A stretch of DNA of 62,508 bases, filler included, from Dugesia japonica (Eukaryota), in assembly GCA_001938525.1 (NCBI GenBank). It is 5 parts of 5 records of this genome, joined end to end, with 100 filler letters (N's around TTAATTAATTAA, not from the genome) between each part and the next. Parts side by side here need not be neighbours in the genome. Positions count along the whole stretch, not along the records: positions 1 to 19,890 come from MQRL01627287.1; 4 more parts are not named here. One strand, 5' to 3'. Positions 1 through 13,240 of this stretch are shown piece after piece. The translations under genes were made by a program, and so were the position numbers. Position 1 is the first letter of the stretch, and each line of letters starts with the position of its first letter. A model generated the notes under the pieces. The model was not told the DNA's origin. It worked only from the letters and a program-made list of their open reading frames with translations, and made no database searches.

Positions 1-364
1 ATATAAATTTTATTTAATTGTTTGAAACACTTTAAAATTTCAAATCGAACACATTTTTTAATTATTTGAAAAAATTGTCTCTTAATTAATTTTTCATGTT
101 TCCGATTTATTAATTAAATAATTTATTCTATAAATTAAAAATTTAATTATATTTTATTTTATTTATTTTAAACAATTCAAACTCCTAAATAAAAGATTTT
201 TTTAACTATTAAAAAAATACGCTATTAAATCAAGTTTTCATATAAATGAAATTGAACTTTATCTTTACAATTAACATTAAAAATATTGTAAATAAACTCC
301 TTTTTATTTACAAGAAAATGAAAGCTGAGATCTCAAAAAATTTAATCCAGTTCTTAAAACAATT

Positions 365-745
365 AATAATGATAATAATAATCAATAATAATNNNNNNNN
401 NNNNNNNNNAATAATAATCAATAATAATGATCAATAATAATAATTAATAATAATAATCAATAATAATGATCAATAATAATAATTAATAATAATATTCAAT
501 AATAATAGTTAAAATAATCAATTAAAATCAATAATAAATATTAATAATCAATAATAATAATCATTAATAATAATAATGAGCAAAATTATTCAATAATGAA
601 GATCAATAATAATAATGATAATAAATAATAATAATATTTAATAATAATATTCAATAATAATAAATTATAATCAATAATAATTTAATAATAATCAATAACC
701 ATAATCAATAATAATCGATAATAATAATTAATAATAATAATGTTT
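365..745. repeat. (AAT)n/(AATAATAATC)-type degenerate microsatellite
   Basis: Near-continuous AAT triplets interspersed with ATC/ATT. Confidence 0.9.
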
Positions 746-862
746 CTAAATACAAAGTGTAATTCAATAATATTAAAAAATATTGCGGATATTACATAAT
801 CTGAGTACATAATAAAATATAAATTATTAGAGATTTATATTTCTAAAATATAATCAAAAAAA

Positions 863-1411
863 TTAAATAAATATTACTAAGCATTCCACTTTGAGACATC
901 GAGATCCATTATGCATTCGTTTTAGATGAGTTAACACGCCCATCATGTTGTGACTTTTAACAAAACAGTTCTCGAAAGAACAATGAAACACGTAAAGAAA
1001 ATGTTTCTTAAAGTGAGCATATAAATCTGATCTGTCTGAAAATAGATTTCTACAATGTGGACAATCGAATGAAATATCGGGATGTTCAAATTCAATGTGA
1101 TCAAGTGAACTGTTCATATTGATTTTGACACGAGCCATACAATGCGGACATTTATATCTATTATCCGCTGAATCAGTAAAATGGTTCTGAATATGTTGCA
1201 TCAAATCGACACTGGGTAAATGGCTACAACAATAAATGCACTCAAATTCATTAATTGATGGATGGCAACATCTGTGATGCTCAAGAAACAATGAAGGATT
1301 TGAAGTTGAAAATGTTTTTGAATTATTACTTGACTTATTGTCACAGCATATAGAACAAACAAACATTTGGTTGACTTTTTCCAAGATGCTGATTTTATGA
1401 TAGTTCGACAT
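863..1411 (-). CDS. Intronless multi-C2H2 zinc-finger protein (182 aa)
   Basis: Repeated CxxC..HxxxH units: CIYC..HIQNH, CPHC..HIEFEH, CPHC..HFKKH, CSFENC..HLKRMH. Confidence 0.8.
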   Translation of the reverse strand: MSNYHKISILEKVNQMFVCSICCDNKSSNNSKTFSTSNPSLFLEHHRCCHPSINEFECIYCCSHLPSVDLMQHIQNHFTDSADNRYKCPHCMARVKINMNSSLDHIEFEHPDISFDCPHCRNLFSDRSDLYAHFKKHFLYVFHCSFENCFVKSHNMMGVLTHLKRMHNGSRCLKVECLVIFI

Positions 1412-2248
1412 TTTTTACAAATTAGTAAATATCTAAAATAGAAATTTTCAATATTTCACCAAAGAAACATTAAATAAACCAATTATAAAATATATAATAT
1501 AGAGAAATTAAATAAAAGTCAGATGACAACTAAACACTGAAGTAAACCATTATAATTCTTAAAATAAATGCAAAGAAAAACATGTTTACTGATCTATTAA
1601 AACGAAATGAAATTGTAATAAATTTTCATAATGAAATAATTATTTTGGAAAATTATTTGATATATTTTAACTTTTAAGAAATAGTTTTTTATAATAAATT
1701 TTAATTAGAAAATACTTGATTCCAGCGTTATTAAATTAGTTTTACAGTAAGTTTCCGAATGAAAATTTTCGTTAACTAATTAAATGGGGAAATTAAAAAA
1801 TTTATTTATACTTGTTTATTATTTTTAAAATTGTAAAATTAATTTAAAAGACAAACTATTAGAATTATTGAAAGAAATTATTGACTTGATCAATGTTGTC
1901 TCATAATTGAATTTAAAGTTAAATTATAAATATTTTACATATTTGAATCAAAAGATTTTGTAAAGAAACAACTTAAAAAATGCTCAAAATTTTAATCTGC
2001 TGATTAAATGATTAATTTAATTAAATAGACCCCATTTAATTAAATATCAACATCTATGTTATAAGCAATTTCGAGTGATCGTATATCTACATATTTTAAA
2101 GGAGAGGCAATTTCTAACATACGACCTTTCATAGTAAATTAAAATTATTTTGACAAAATTCGTTTAAATCAAGTGGTTCTTAATCTTTTTAGTGATCAGC
2201 ATTCCTTAAAAATATGTTTATATTTTATATTAAGTAAAAAAATTTATT

Positions 2249-2487
2249 AGTAGTATTAAAATGGGCGTGATGAACCCTATCCCCTTTTTTTCATTTTTTC
2301 GCCGTAACCAAAATGATCACTTTTACGGCTTTTCTATTCAAAAGAGTGAAAAAAAGGTAAAAAGCGTTTTAAATTGGAAAAATTCTAATAAAATTTGTAG
2401 AATTACAATCAATGAGAGATATCATTTAGAAACGGCTCAAAAAGGAAAAAAACGCTCGAGGTTCATTACGCCCATTTTAATACTACT
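2249..2487. mobile_element. ~240 bp MITE-like element with AGTAGT..ACTACT termini
   Basis: Left AGTAGTATTAAAATGGGCGTGATGAACC is the near-perfect reverse complement of right GGTTCATTACGCCCATTTTAATACTACT; no clean TSD. Confidence 0.65.
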
Positions 2488-2567
2488 TCACTTTTTTAAA
2501 AATTTACATAATTTCTAATAAATAAGATAAATAATAATAAAAAGTTATTTAATTAATAAAAAAAGAC

Positions 2568-5500
2568 ATGTCGGCGTTACGAAGAAATAATAATTCCAAT
2601 TTACCACCAATTATAAGGAGAAATAGAAATAGGATAAATAGATCACCTCCTCATTCAAATCGAGCAAAAATAAGAAGACGTAATCGAGAAGAACGGGAAA
2701 TTAATAGATTGAATGCAATAAATGTCCATCCGTATTATTTTAAAGAAACAATAGCACATGATTTTATTCAGATGGACGACATAAATGGTTATTTATCGAT
2801 TTTTGAAAATATGATCAAAGATAAGATAGAGCAATGTCCATACAAAAATTCAAATCTATTATCTCTTGCACTCTTAATATGAAAAGAGACGATTTATTAA
2901 TTAATGAAGAGATAGAAAATAGAAATACTTTAGAACAGGATATATTAATTCAGTCGCATCCTTTAATATTTTTTAATAATAGTGAAAATAATTATAAACA
3001 AATGTATATAAGTTAAATAATGTATTTGACAGATGAAATGAACAGTTTACAAGGAAGCAATTGGAGAATAATTGGTTTTAAAGATATTTCATTAGAATAT
3101 ATTAGAGTTAAATTTCTACATGGAGGCCACATTTTAAATTTCCCATTTAGATCCAACTCAATTATAAATATTAAAACGAGAGATAATTTTTGTGTATTTT
3201 GGCATATAACTGTATATTTATTTCCCTAACCGGATGAATCATATCATAAAAGTGAATTTAAATATTATTCAAAATATTTTAAAGCAATAAATCCTAATGT
3301 ATTAATGGAAAATGTATAGATTTAAATCAAATAATGAAGACAGATTTTCCAATAAACAAGATTAACATTTTAGAAAAACTATTCAACATTTCAATAAATG
3401 TTCTTGAAATAAATCAAAAACCGCTTGAAAATGATATAAAACTTCGAAAAAGTTATATAACAACCCCTTTGCATATTTCAAATTACGAAGTAAAAACTAA
3501 AGGTTTCCAATGTGAGGTTTTAAATAATTTTCACAAGCTATACAATAATAATAACAGTTATAGATATTGCGAACCTGATTGTAATAATATGGCCTGTAAT
3601 AAAAGTAAACTATACCTAGGTCATTACTTTTGGATTAAAAGATTAAAGAGTTTTCTCAATGAGAAATCATCGCATACAGGAAGTGATTCAAACTTATGTG
3701 GCAGATGTTTTAATTATTCGAGAACAATAGATTCTTTTAAAACACATAAAGAGTTTTGTGAGTCAATTGATAATAAATCTAGATTAATTTTTCCGGTTGA
3801 TATAAAAATCAGTTAAATGACGCTTTAAAAGAATATAATCAATACCAACATCTTTTAAGTAGAACGGAGTTACTCGAAAAATGCACAAAACTGAAACAAA
3901 AATATGAAAGAATGTCTCATCTAAAGTTTTCACAATTTCATTATAAGTTAAAACAACCGTTTGTGATTTATGCCGATATTGAGTCATATATAGCATAAAC
4001 ACCGATAGTTATTACTACAGACACAAGAATAGTGAATACCAATATTCCGTATACAATTACTCTCTATCTCAAATCTTTATATCAAGAATTAATGAAAGAT
4101 TATACTAAAGTTTTCCATCGACCTAATTGTATGGAAGAATTTATTAAATTTGTGATTGGAATAGAAAACGGGATGAATTATTTTTAAAAAACCCTGTAAA
4201 AGCAAATCCAATAAATGAGGATTTAATTAATTATACTAATTATTCCGAATGTTGGATTTGTGAAAAACCGCTGTGTGGTGATAAAGTATTAGACCATGAC
4301 GACTCTGAAGGAAAATATAGAGGAGCAGCGCATAAAAGCTGTAACTTAAATCTAAGTTTGAAGAATTTATTTTTACCAATATACTTCCATAATAAAAGTG
4401 GATATGATTTTCATATAATTATAAAAAAATTAGCAAAACAAACTAAATTAAATGGACGATATGATGAAATAGGTAAAATTCCTAAAACAGAAGAGAATAA
4501 CATGTCGGTTACATATGGGAAAGTGAGATTTTTAGAAAGTTATCGAATGTTGCAAAACTCAATAGAGGGAATATCAAAATCATTAACAAAAGAAGAAAGT
4601 AAAATATTATATAATTTCTGTAAAGAAGAATCAGAAAGATTAACTCAAAACATAGTAAGATTAACTCAAGATGTAAAACGATTGATTTTAGAGGATCCAA
4701 CTAATAATGTGACCGACGAATTAAATATAGAATCGGTAATTCTTGATTTAGTCTCACCTGATACATTATTTGAATTAATTAAACAAAAAGGAATACATCC
4801 ATACGAGTGGATAGATAATTCATCAAAATATTATGGCACTCATCGCGATTTAAATGATAGATTTTGTCCTTTACCAATAGAATCGTTTTATTCAACTTTA
4901 AACAGAAAAGGAATAATTAAAGAATTTCAACGATATAAAGATACTTTTCTGATATTTCAATGAAAGAATTTCCACAATTATACAATTCTATATCATAAAG
5001 TGGATGTATACATTATGGCTGACGCAATGGAAAAATTTAGAAGCATAAATGAATTAGATCCAGCTTATTTTATCTCTGCTTCTGCTTTAACATGGAGAAA
5101 AGGTTTAAAATATACGGGTATTTCCTTAGACTTATTACAAACGCAGAAATTATTCAAATTCTTTGAAAGAGGAATAAGAGGAGGAATCTCAACGATATTA
5201 GGGAATAGATATGTTAAAGCCAATAATAAATATACTAATAAAGATTTCAATGATTTTGCAGTATTAGATGAAATAGAATATCAAAATATATTAAATGATT
5301 CTAAGATAAAAGGAGAAAATACAACTAAACTAAAATAAAAATTAGAATCTAATTTTCTATTATATATCGACGCAAATAATTTATATGGATATTCAATAAG
5401 TCAAACTTCACCTTATAGTAATTTTGAACAAGCGTGAAGAGAAGCAATTGATAAAATGAATCAAAATTCAATGCAAGCATTATCGTTTATGTTTAATAAA

Positions 5501-6741
5501 GCAAAAGAAATACATAATAACGAGTTTAATACTGGTTATGATTTTAAAGTTGATAATATAAAGATGACACGACAAAAGTGGTTGATATTAGCTCATATCA
5601 TTATATCCATTATATCGATATATCCATTAGCTTCAGAAAAAAGAAAGATAAATATAAATGAATTATCTAATTATCACAGAAATTTATTAAATCAGTCAAA
5701 ACAAAAGTTTGTCGAAACAGATAAATTAGTTTTAGATTTAAATCCGAAAAAGAATTATGTTGTTTATTGGAAGAATNTANAATACTATCTTCAAAGAGNA
5801 ATGGTTGTAACAAAAGTACATGAGATAGTTTCATTTAGAGAAAAACCGTNGTTAAAAGATTATATAGATTATAATACAAGAAAAAGAACTGTGGCTACAA
5901 CTGACTTTGAAAAAGATTTATGGAAATTAATGAATAATGGTTTCTTTGGTAAATCAATGGAGAATATAAGATTATGACAAAATATAGAATTAGTTAATAC
6001 ACCGGAACAATTTATAAAAAGAACTTCTAAACCAACTTTTAAAAGTTTAAAACAATTTGATGAAAATTTATTTGCCTGTCACTTTACAAAAAAACAAATA
6101 CAAATGAATAAACAAATTTACATTGGACTTGTTATATTACATTATCAAAGTTGCATATGTATAAAACCTTTTATGAAGAATTTAATCCTAAATTAGATAT
6201 TACACCAATATATTCAGATACGGATAGTTGGGTGCTTAATATCAAATCAGAAAATTTATATAAAGAAATAGGAGAAAAGAATTTAAAAGAAATATTCGAC
6301 TTTAGTAATTACAAAATAGATAGTAATACTAGTAGAGCATTACAATTAACTCCTGAAGATTTAACTAAACACAAAAAAGTAATTGGTTATTTTACAGACG
6401 AATTAGGAGAACAAATGATGTTAGAGTTCTGTGCTTTAAAATCTAAATCATATTGTTTTGTACATGAAGATAAGAAAAAGGAACCGGGAATTAAAGAGAA
6501 AAAGAAAAATAAAGGAACAAGTAAAAGCGTCGTCGACAAAGAAATACACATGAATAATTATAAAGATGCAATAAAGAATGGTAATTTGCAATATAATATC
6601 AATTATAGTATTAGAACGAAATTACATAATGTTTATACAGTAAAACAAAATAAAATATCTTTAAATTCATATGATGATAAAAGATATTATTACAATAATA
6701 TAATTAACATTCCATATTGCAATGGAAGTTATTTAACATAA
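2568..6741 (+). pseudogene. Protein-primed family B DNA polymerase (pPolB), fragmented
   Basis: Arg-rich N-terminus; INIKTRDNFCVFW..GHYFWIK (vOTU-like); CWIC..DHD..GKYRGAAHKSCN (HNH/EndoVII, ~4246-4350); FHNKSGYD; KGIHPYEW; RGIRGG; YIDANNLYG (~5363); KLMNNGFFGK; YSDTDS; KSKSY; KNKG; DDKR. Confidence 0.95.
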
Positions 6742-7765
6742 ATATTAATTTAACCTTTTAATGAATATTAAAAAAATGGATGAAAATTATAACAATAAAG
6801 ATAATAAATATAATGAAAATTATTATATTTTAAGTAAAGAAAAATTTTAAGATATAATAAATGATTTTAAAATAAATGGTATAAAAACAACAAAGATACA
6901 AGAATGTATAATTTTAAAGTCTAATCAAAATAGATGAAAGATTTTTATAAATAATTAACAGATTATAAATAATTTAATTTATAAAAATGCCTGATCCAAA
7001 TAAAAAAACATTTATAGAAATTTATAATATCATTGCCTCAATATTTTTATTTCAGAAGAATAAAAAATTCAAAAGCGTACCAAAAATGTTGGAAGCTTTT
7101 ACATAAGAAACCGATTTTCATATAAAAATAGCCTGTTACTATAAATATATGCGATATTTAAAATCATCTATATATTTATTACAATCTTTATATTCATCAC
7201 AGAATAATAACGAATTAATTATTTTTATTAAGAAATACGATACAGTAAATATTAATTTTGAACATTTAAAACACTTTATTGATTTTACTGATAAAGAGCT
7301 TGAATATCAGTCAAATCACTTTTCTGCATTGTCTCAAAATGACTGCAGTCAACTACTGTCATTTCCAACACAGTCAACTGCAGTCAATTACCAACAATTA
7401 AAAATACAAATATCGACGAAATTGACCAATATTTGGCAAAGAATTTAGTTAAAAATTTTAATAAAGATTATTTAGAAAACATTAAAAAAAAACACATGAA
7501 ACTTTTAATAGGTGAATCGTTTATAAAACAGATTTATTTTACTCTTGGGAAATTAGAGTATTTAGTCAAAGATAAAAATAAAGAAGTTGAATTATGATCA
7601 ACAAAGGTCAATTAAATTAAATTTTATTTTCATGATCATTATTATTGTTTTATTAGTATTATTAGTTTACTTTGCATTTAAATATTTTAAAACATTATCA
7701 TTAACTACTTTAAAGTTATTTTAAACTATTTAATTTTATTTAATGTTTTCATATATCTGCTGAAT

Positions 7766-8122
7766 TCAGATAATGACTTCATTTTCATTTTTATTCATTT
7801 TCGATGATGCATATTCTTTTGTAATTCTTTCAATATCTTTGGAATCAAAATTATTATTCGCTTTTAATTTATTAGTTAAATGACGATTTTCATTAATTAA
7901 TTGTTTATTCTGATTAGCTAATTCATGTTTTTCTGAAGCAAGATTATATATTGTTCCGCCCATTATATCAACGCATTGTTCAAATTGTTTTGCTCTTATT
8001 ATAAATGTTCTCCCTGCTTCAGCTTGTCCACCAATAGGTAATGAATTATACATATTTACATCTTGTAATTTTAATTTAAAATCATTATCATTAGAAATAC
8101 ATTTTATAAATTTATTTGCCAT
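7766..8122 (-). CDS. Polinton accessory ORF, coiled-coil, function unknown
   Basis: Intact 118-aa ORF inside the viral gene block with an A-rich ATG context. Confidence 0.45.
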   Translation of the reverse strand: MANKFIKCISNDNDFKLKLQDVNMYNSLPIGGQAEAGRTFIIRAKQFEQCVDIMGGTIYNLASEKHELANQNKQLINENRHLTNKLKANNNFDSKDIERITKEYASSKMNKNENEVII

Positions 8123-8779
8123 TTTTTTAAAAATTTAATCTTTTATTTTCTTCAATTAATTTATCATTTTCTTATTCTAAATTACAAATAGTGTTGCACA
8201 TTTATTCAATACAATGTATGTATTGTTTGCTTTTAATAAAAAGATCTAAATATAATTCAGCTTTATTTGCTATGGATAACTGTTCAACTTTATCACACTC
8301 ATCTTTAATTTAATTTTTATAAATAACTTTTAATTGATCAATTACCAGTCTTAACCATAAAATCCTTTGGCAAATGCAACTCGATTAAATGAATTATCAT
8401 GTCCATTATAACCTTTTAATATTTCAATCAAGTTTTTATTTTCCTCGCCTGGTGATAAAGAAGCAATACAGTTAAATTTTTCATAAATCTCACTAGCGAA
8501 TAGAAATTTAAATATAAAGTGGCTAAGAAATTAGCTTGCAATCTTTTATCATGTTGTGGAATTTTATTATATTCTTCTTTAATTTTATTTCCTACTATGC
8601 GGCTAATACCAATTATTTTAATAAGATTATTAATTCACATAATATGACTTTCGTTTACCATTTTTTTAAAAATATTTAATTTAATTTTTATAATTAATTT
8701 TCAATTTTATGTAATTTAAACAATTATAATCTATTTCTAATTTATTTTCTTTCGTACTTTTGTTGTAGATTGATTTATT

Positions 8780-9426
8780 AAAGATTCCATTTCCTTTAGC
8801 TTTGTTAATAAAAAAGTATTATCCACAGCAAAGCGGTTAGTCATTGAAGATGACGCTTTATCTATTTCTTTTTCTTCTTTAACGTCAATATCAGTTTTAA
8901 TCTTTAATATTTTATTTTTGATTTCATTAACAATTGTTTTACTAGTATTTATCTTATCATCGGTTAATATATTATCATGTAAACATTTTTGATGATAAAG
9001 AAATAATTAATTTTTACTTGTTTCTAATTCTTTAATTAAATCATTATATTTCTTCTTTCTTATTTTAATTAAACCGATGTTTAATAAACCATGAATGATT
9101 GAATTTGTTAAAGGAAATGTGCCAAGAATAATAGCAGGTAAAGTTAAAATAACTATACCACTTGTAGCTAAAACGGTTATTGTTATACCTGCTGCACCGA
9201 ATAAATTTCCTATTAAAATATCGGTATATCTTACGCCTGTATCAAACTTTTTCCATCTTCTATATATTTTATTATAATGATTTATTTTATCAGTTAAAAA
9301 TGTTTAATCATTTTCAAAATCTTTAATTCTTAATGTTTTTAATTTATTCTTATAATCAGCTATAGATGCAGTTCGATTAAATTCTTCACTTATTTCAGGA
9401 TAAATACGATCATATTCTTTCTCCAT
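8780..9426 (-). pseudogene. Hydrophobic-hairpin plus coiled-coil protein (candidate membrane-active Polinton protein)
   Basis: Hand translation: RWKKFDTGVRYTDILIGNLFGAAGITITVLATSGIVILTLPAIILG..KKKYNDLIKELE..KCLHDNILTDDKI; interrupted by stops. Confidence 0.55.
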
Positions 9427-9451
9427 TTTTAAATGTAATATTTTTTTTAAT

Positions 9452-10893
9452 TTAATAAAACTTTGATTTTATAATTGTTTCATTATTATTATTATTAACA
9501 TCGCGAGCTACTTTTGGTTGTACACTATAAAAGGCAAAAAACTGTTGGTATATATCTCTGCTATATGTTTCACCGCCACTAGTTTCATAACATAAACACT
9601 CATAAATAAATCCACTCGTATTTTTATCTCCTATAACCAGTTTTCCAAATTCAAAATTTTTTTTATAGTAATGCGTTGTTCTTTTTCATAAATACTTTGA
9701 TTAAGGGTAATTCGATTTCCTTTCTTTTCAATATATAATAAATTAGGATAAGGTTTAGAAGCATTCATGTAAGTTAAATTAACTTTTTATTCGTGATATA
9801 ATTCTTCATTATTTAATTGTAAATAATTTGTATATCCTTTATATTCTCCTATTATATTTTTATTTGATTCTCCTCCTTGAATAAACGCGCCTTTTAAATC
9901 AGAATAACTTTCTCTAATAAAAAGAATCATAAAAACAAAGTCTTTTTTAAATTCAAAATTAGAAATAAACTGGTCTCCTTTATTTAAATAAAAACATTTA
10001 TTACGACTAGAGAAATAGGTATTTCCTACTGACGCATTTCTCAATTTTAATTCTGGTTTTCTTTTTATAGTTAAACCCCCACCACTTTAATCTTCAAAAT
10101 AAAAATTATCATTTATCTTATCTAATCCGAAAGGAAAATTAGATGACAGCCAAAACTCAATTTTTAAATTATATTGTTTTTCATATGCTCTTATTCTATT
10201 AATAAATGACAATAAATGATCATTAAAAGTATTTATATATAAATGGTTAAAGAAAGTAAATCGTGTATTATTTTTTAATTTATTACTAAATTCCGTTTGA
10301 AAGCCCTTTAAAACCGTTTTCTGTTTCAGTTTAAAAGAATTAAATTCAACTTGATTTATTTTGTCTTTTACAATATCTTTTAAAAATTTAATTTCTTTAT
10401 TTTGATCTTGTTTAAAAGAATTAAATTTAACTTGATTGAGTTTATCATTTGATTTTAACTCAATTTCATTTTTAATTTCTTTATCTATTAGATCTTTAAT
10501 TTCTTTATCTAATTTAGTTTTAAACTTTAATATTTTAGTTTCAATCGTTGCATTTACTCTACTAATTAATGAGTCTATTCTAAACGTTGTTCTATTATCT
10601 ATATCCTTTTTAATTTGATCTGTATATTTCTTTAAATATTTATTATTTACAACATTATTATCAGTTTTAGGTTCTTGAGTAACTTATAGTTTTTCTATTT
10701 TATCTCCCAATTCATTTACATAAACTTTATCAAGATTTTTTATCTCTCTAGCAATTTTATTATTTAACTTGTATTCTAAAGGTTTAGCTAATTTAGCTTC
10801 AGTATGTTTAATTACATCTTCTAAATTAAAATCACTTGATTGAATAGTGGGACCAGATTTACTTGTAGAAATAAAAGTACTCATTTTTTCCAA
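9452..10893 (-). pseudogene. Fiber-like virion protein: tail-fiber motifs, coiled-coil shaft, beta-rich head
   Basis: One frame with a few in-frame stops; YVNELGDK and EPKTDNNVVNNKY resemble fiber repeats; C-terminal LVIG..GFIYECLCY resembles a LamG/ConA-type domain. Confidence 0.55.
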
Positions 10894-10900
10894 TAATTTA

Positions 10901-11338
10901 CTATTTATTCAAAGGTGTTTCCAAATCTGAGTAAATAGAGTCAATAATTTTGTCAAAAGAAATATCTGTATTATTTAACATATATAAAACATAAAGGCAT
11001 AATATACCACATATATTTGTATTATTAGGCAGTACTTGTATTTTCTTATAAAAATAATCTTCTTTTAGAAAAGCTTCTACTTCATCTGTAGGTTTAATAT
11101 CATACGAATCTAAATATTTAAGTTTATCCTTAAAACAAACCCAATGAGATCCGTTTTTATTCGAGCTTTGATAATTAATAATAACATTGTGTTTCTTAGT
11201 TGTTTTTAATTTATAAAGCCCATCATTCATTAATATTTTAATAGGCAAATTTAATTTAATAGAATATTCTTTTAAATCAAAATTTGTTTTAGCAATAATA
11301 CCAAAGGTTTTTAAGAAATCAAGTATTGAATATTTCAT
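10901..11338 (-). CDS. Adenain/Ulp1-like capsid maturation cysteine protease
   Basis: IINY..GSHWV..YLDSY..IQ..NICGILCL gives the H-D-Q-C catalytic order. Confidence 0.9.
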   Translation of the reverse strand: MKYSILDFLKTFGIIAKTNFDLKEYSIKLNLPIKILMNDGLYKLKTTKKHNVIINYQSSNKNGSHWVCFKDKLKYLDSYDIKPTDEVEAFLKEDYFYKKIQVLPNNTNICGILCLYVLYMLNNTDISFDKIIDSIYSDLETPLNK

Positions 11339-11342
11339 TTTA

Positions 11343-12059
11343 TTAAACCTGTTTTAAATGTAAAAATATACTAATATTTTCGCCGTTAAAATCAATTAAA
11401 TTATTATATTCATCAACAACAGAAATCCTTATTGATTCTATTAACTTTTTAGTTACAGGAATATAAATAGGATTAGACATTCTTTCAATAAGTTTAAAAC
11501 CAAAAGATACGGTGTTAATAGGAAAAGAATATAAAACATTTTCTTCTCTACCATTAAAATAGCTACCTTTAATTAAATCACAAGTAAGATTTATCGTTGT
11601 AATATTTATTATTTGAATATTATTTGCAATAGTATATTTCCCTCCCGTATTATAAATCCCCGAATTAAATCCAAGAATTTTATGAAAGAAAGAAGTATTT
11701 TCAATGAGTAATATTTGTTCTTTCGGAATAATTAATTCACATTTAGATGTAGATAAATCAACTTTAATTTCTATTTTAAATATTCTAAGCTTTTCATTTA
11801 ATTCTTTAATTTCATATGTACCAGGAGTAATTGTGATTACTTTATCATTTAATTGAAATTTATTATTTGAAGTATTAATATTGAAAATAGTATTATAACA
11901 ACTAAACCATAATAATCCTAATTCATAATTAAAATCTTTATTTAATTCAATAGGTGTAGGGAAATCAATTTTAAATTCAGATGTTTTTGATTGTGCAGAT
12001 ATAGTTGTTGAGAATCTAGAGCTCATTAAATTAATTAACTTTTCCATTTCCTGTTCCAT
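11343..12059 (-). CDS. Minor capsid protein (penton)
   Basis: FPTPIEL..YELGL, ITPGTYEI..LN, ILGF, CDLIKGSY.NG...VLYSFP, PIYIPV, I.ISVVDE..NLIDFNGE; adjacent to the protease. Confidence 0.85.
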   Translation of the reverse strand: MEQEMEKLINLMSSRFSTTISAQSKTSEFKIDFPTPIELNKDFNYELGLLWFSCYNTIFNINTSNNKFQLNDKVITITPGTYEIKELNEKLRIFKIEIKVDLSTSKCELIIPKEQILLIENTSFFHKILGFNSGIYNTGGKYTIANNIQIINITTINLTCDLIKGSYFNGREENVLYSFPINTVSFGFKLIERMSNPIYIPVTKKLIESIRISVVDEYNNLIDFNGENISIFLHLKQV

Positions 12060-12064
12060 TTTAT

Positions 12065-12956
12065 TTAATTTTCTTTATAAGTTGATTATACTTATCTGTT
12101 GAAATAAAATGATTATTCTTAATTCTTACTAAGAATACTTTTAAATTGTTGATCAACATTATTATGTCCAGCTTTTTGTGCCGCAAATAATATATTTAAT
12201 TCAATAAATAGAATTATAGGATTCAACGCTTTGAGTCTAGACATCTTGGATGGTGTATCTTCGCTTTCATCATCACTAATTGAATTTAAATGGCTTATTA
12301 TCGGGCTTCACCCCAAGACATTCGTCTGCCCTTTTCCTTCTTGAATTATTGATCCATCATTAGTTGAAGATAATTTTTAAAACGTTTTATATAATTACTT
12401 GCTAAAGATGATTTACGTAAAGATAATAAATTTAAATATTTTTTAATTTCATCTTTATTATTAGAGTTTTTAGATAAAATTAAATTCTCTAATTCATTTG
12501 TAAATATAATTTCTGTATTATGTGTTTTAGAATATAAATATGACATTCCGTTTCTTTTATAAAGAAATAAAAGAATGATCATTAATAGTTATAATTCTAT
12601 AATTAACATTGTTTATTTTTTAATTGTAAATGTAGGATTAATTGTTTTCGTTATTAAATTAGTAATATCTTGTTTCAAATAAATCGGCTCATAATTATCA
12701 AAATCAATTAATAATGGTTGCTGTTGCTGATTTTCCTTTTTATCTTGAATAGTTGGTTTAGGCTGTTTAGTATTTTCAATTGAAACAAGTTGTGTTGGTA
12801 ATAATCTATTCTTTCTAATGCTTTTAATGTTGGTGTTTGCTGTTGAGTTAAAACATCATTTAAAATTGTTGATTCAGTTTTTTCAGATAATTATTTATTA
12901 TTATTTATCTTGTTCTTTGATTAATTGTTTTAATAAAGTAATTCTATCTTCATACA
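12065..12956 (-). pseudogene. Conserved Polinton-type protein with C-terminal ELNILFAAQKAGHNN motif
   Basis: Hand translation of ~12100-12210 matches the LxLLxAxxxAG(N/H) motif seen in Polinton ORFs; upstream part frameshifted. Confidence 0.5.
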
Positions 12957-13240
12957 TTTTTAAATATCTAGTAAGGTCTCATACATATTCCTAAACCATG
13001 TTTTGATTCTTTTATTTTAACAATACCGCCAAATTTTAATTTTTTACCCGTTTCATTTATTACTGATTTTACTGAATCAGATAAGTTTGATTAATTAATT
13101 AAATTCTTTATAACCCTTTCTTCTTTATAATCCTTTTCCTTGATAAAGATTTAAATAAATTCCATTACCTTTATAACTTTCTACTATCTCTTTTCCTTTA
13201 AATGGTTGAGTAGTTTTATTTCCGACTTATTTTAATTGTC

